Notes under the pieces: model-generated
Told to the model about the DNA's origin: nothing
The model's input: the letters and a program-made list of their open reading frames with translations, nothing else
The model's database searches: none
Source of the DNA: Sedimentisphaerales bacterium
Lineage (GTDB): Bacteria; Planctomycetota; Phycisphaerae; Sedimentisphaerales; SM23-30
Assembly: GCA_963663965.2 (NCBI GenBank)
Contig: CAXXFK010000002.1
Span: 17,789-81,788 of the forward strand
Length of the DNA: 64,000 bases
Direction of reading: 5' to 3'
Made by a program: the position numbers and the translations under genes
Shown here: in pieces, positions 63,443-64,000 of the stretch
How the letters are laid out: each line of letters begins with the position of its first letter
Numbering within the stretch: position 1 is the first letter of the stretch

Positions 63443-64000
63443 ATGGTCGACCGATTCGAACGGATTGATGTCCGGCAGCATTTGCCTGCAATTAAAAACC
63501 GATTTTGGGTAACCAGATGGACCAGATCTATACCGCCTATCAGTTTGAAGATAGTACCGGCCGTCAGCAGATCGAACAGTATCTGATGATTCTGTCCGCC
63601 CAATATCTGGGCAGTGAACTGGGTCAGGAGCAGATCGAATTGATTCCGCCCAAACCGGAGCAATCTGTCGGTTCCTATCCTGTCGGCCAGGTCTATTACG
63701 CCGGCCAGGAGATCTTTCCATTTGGCCTGCGGGAAGAGGAGTGGATCCAGCACATGGCGATCCTGGGCCGAAGCGGGGCGGGTAAGACCAACACCGGATT
63801 CCTCTTATTAAATGAGCTGCAGACGCGGGGCAAACCTTTCCTGTTATTAGACTGGAAACGGAATTACCGTGACCTGCTGACCCTGCCGGCCTTTGCCGGG
63901 GTGGAGGTCTATACCATTGGCCGGGATGTGGCTCCGCTGACATTTAATCCCCTGATCCCGCCAGCGGGTACTGAGCCGCGGACCTGGCTCAAAAAAATCA
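63443..64000 (+). CDS. HerA/FtsK-clade (DUF87-like) ATPase, 5' part; runs off the window
   Basis: Open frame from 63517 reads ...EWIQHMAILGRSGAGKTN...LLLDWKRNYRDL...FNPLIPP. Likely true start is ATG 63443 after GGAGGG, with indel(s) before 63517. Absent from the ORF track. Confidence 0.8.

Larger units (their letters stand above)
16818..64000. mobile_element. Integrated genomic island or tandem integrative elements at the tRNA-His 3' end; right boundary outside the window
   Basis: Integrase abuts the tRNA. Housekeeping genes stop here and the rest is Xis, primase, ATPase, defence and IS content. No attR copy was found in the window. Confidence 0.8.

Overview
Bacterial chromosome segment. The host is probably a Planctomycetota (Phycisphaerae-like) organism; this is inferred from gene style and is not proven. 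Bases 1-16.7 kb are housekeeping: holA 3' end, psd, eno, rpe, pgk, gap, accD, a B12 radical SAM enzyme and membrane proteins. A large integrated region begins at tRNA-His (16743-16817) and runs off the right edge. It has four parts. (i) A ~13 kb minus-strand backbone: tyrosine integrase, an AlpA-HTH protein with a RuvA-domain-III-like tail, an intact RuvB paralog, a second AlpA/Xis, an SPL-like radical SAM protein, an SSB-like protein, a primase, a TerY-P-like vWA/PP2C/kinase triad, and a HerA/FtsK-type ATPase fused to a PD-(D/E)xK domain. (ii) Defence cargo: a NACHT-HEAT protein, then an RtcR/CARF-like sigma54 activator followed by a near-consensus -24/-12 promoter and a type I R-M, Fic, HEPN and ABC-ATPase gene run. 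(iii) A nested mobile-element pile: IS1182 relic, IS66, IS21 relic, and an IS256 whose left inverted repeat is split by a group II intron, with an older copy of the same junction nearby. (iv) The start of a second related backbone with structured non-coding DNA. The best candidates for an undescribed system are the integrase + HTH-RuvA-CTD + RuvB module, the CARF/sigma54-controlled R-M operon, and the intron that targets an IS end. Several genes, mostly right of 55 kb, break at homopolymer runs; these are probably consensus-sequence errors. All family calls come from motif recognition by eye; no database searches were run.
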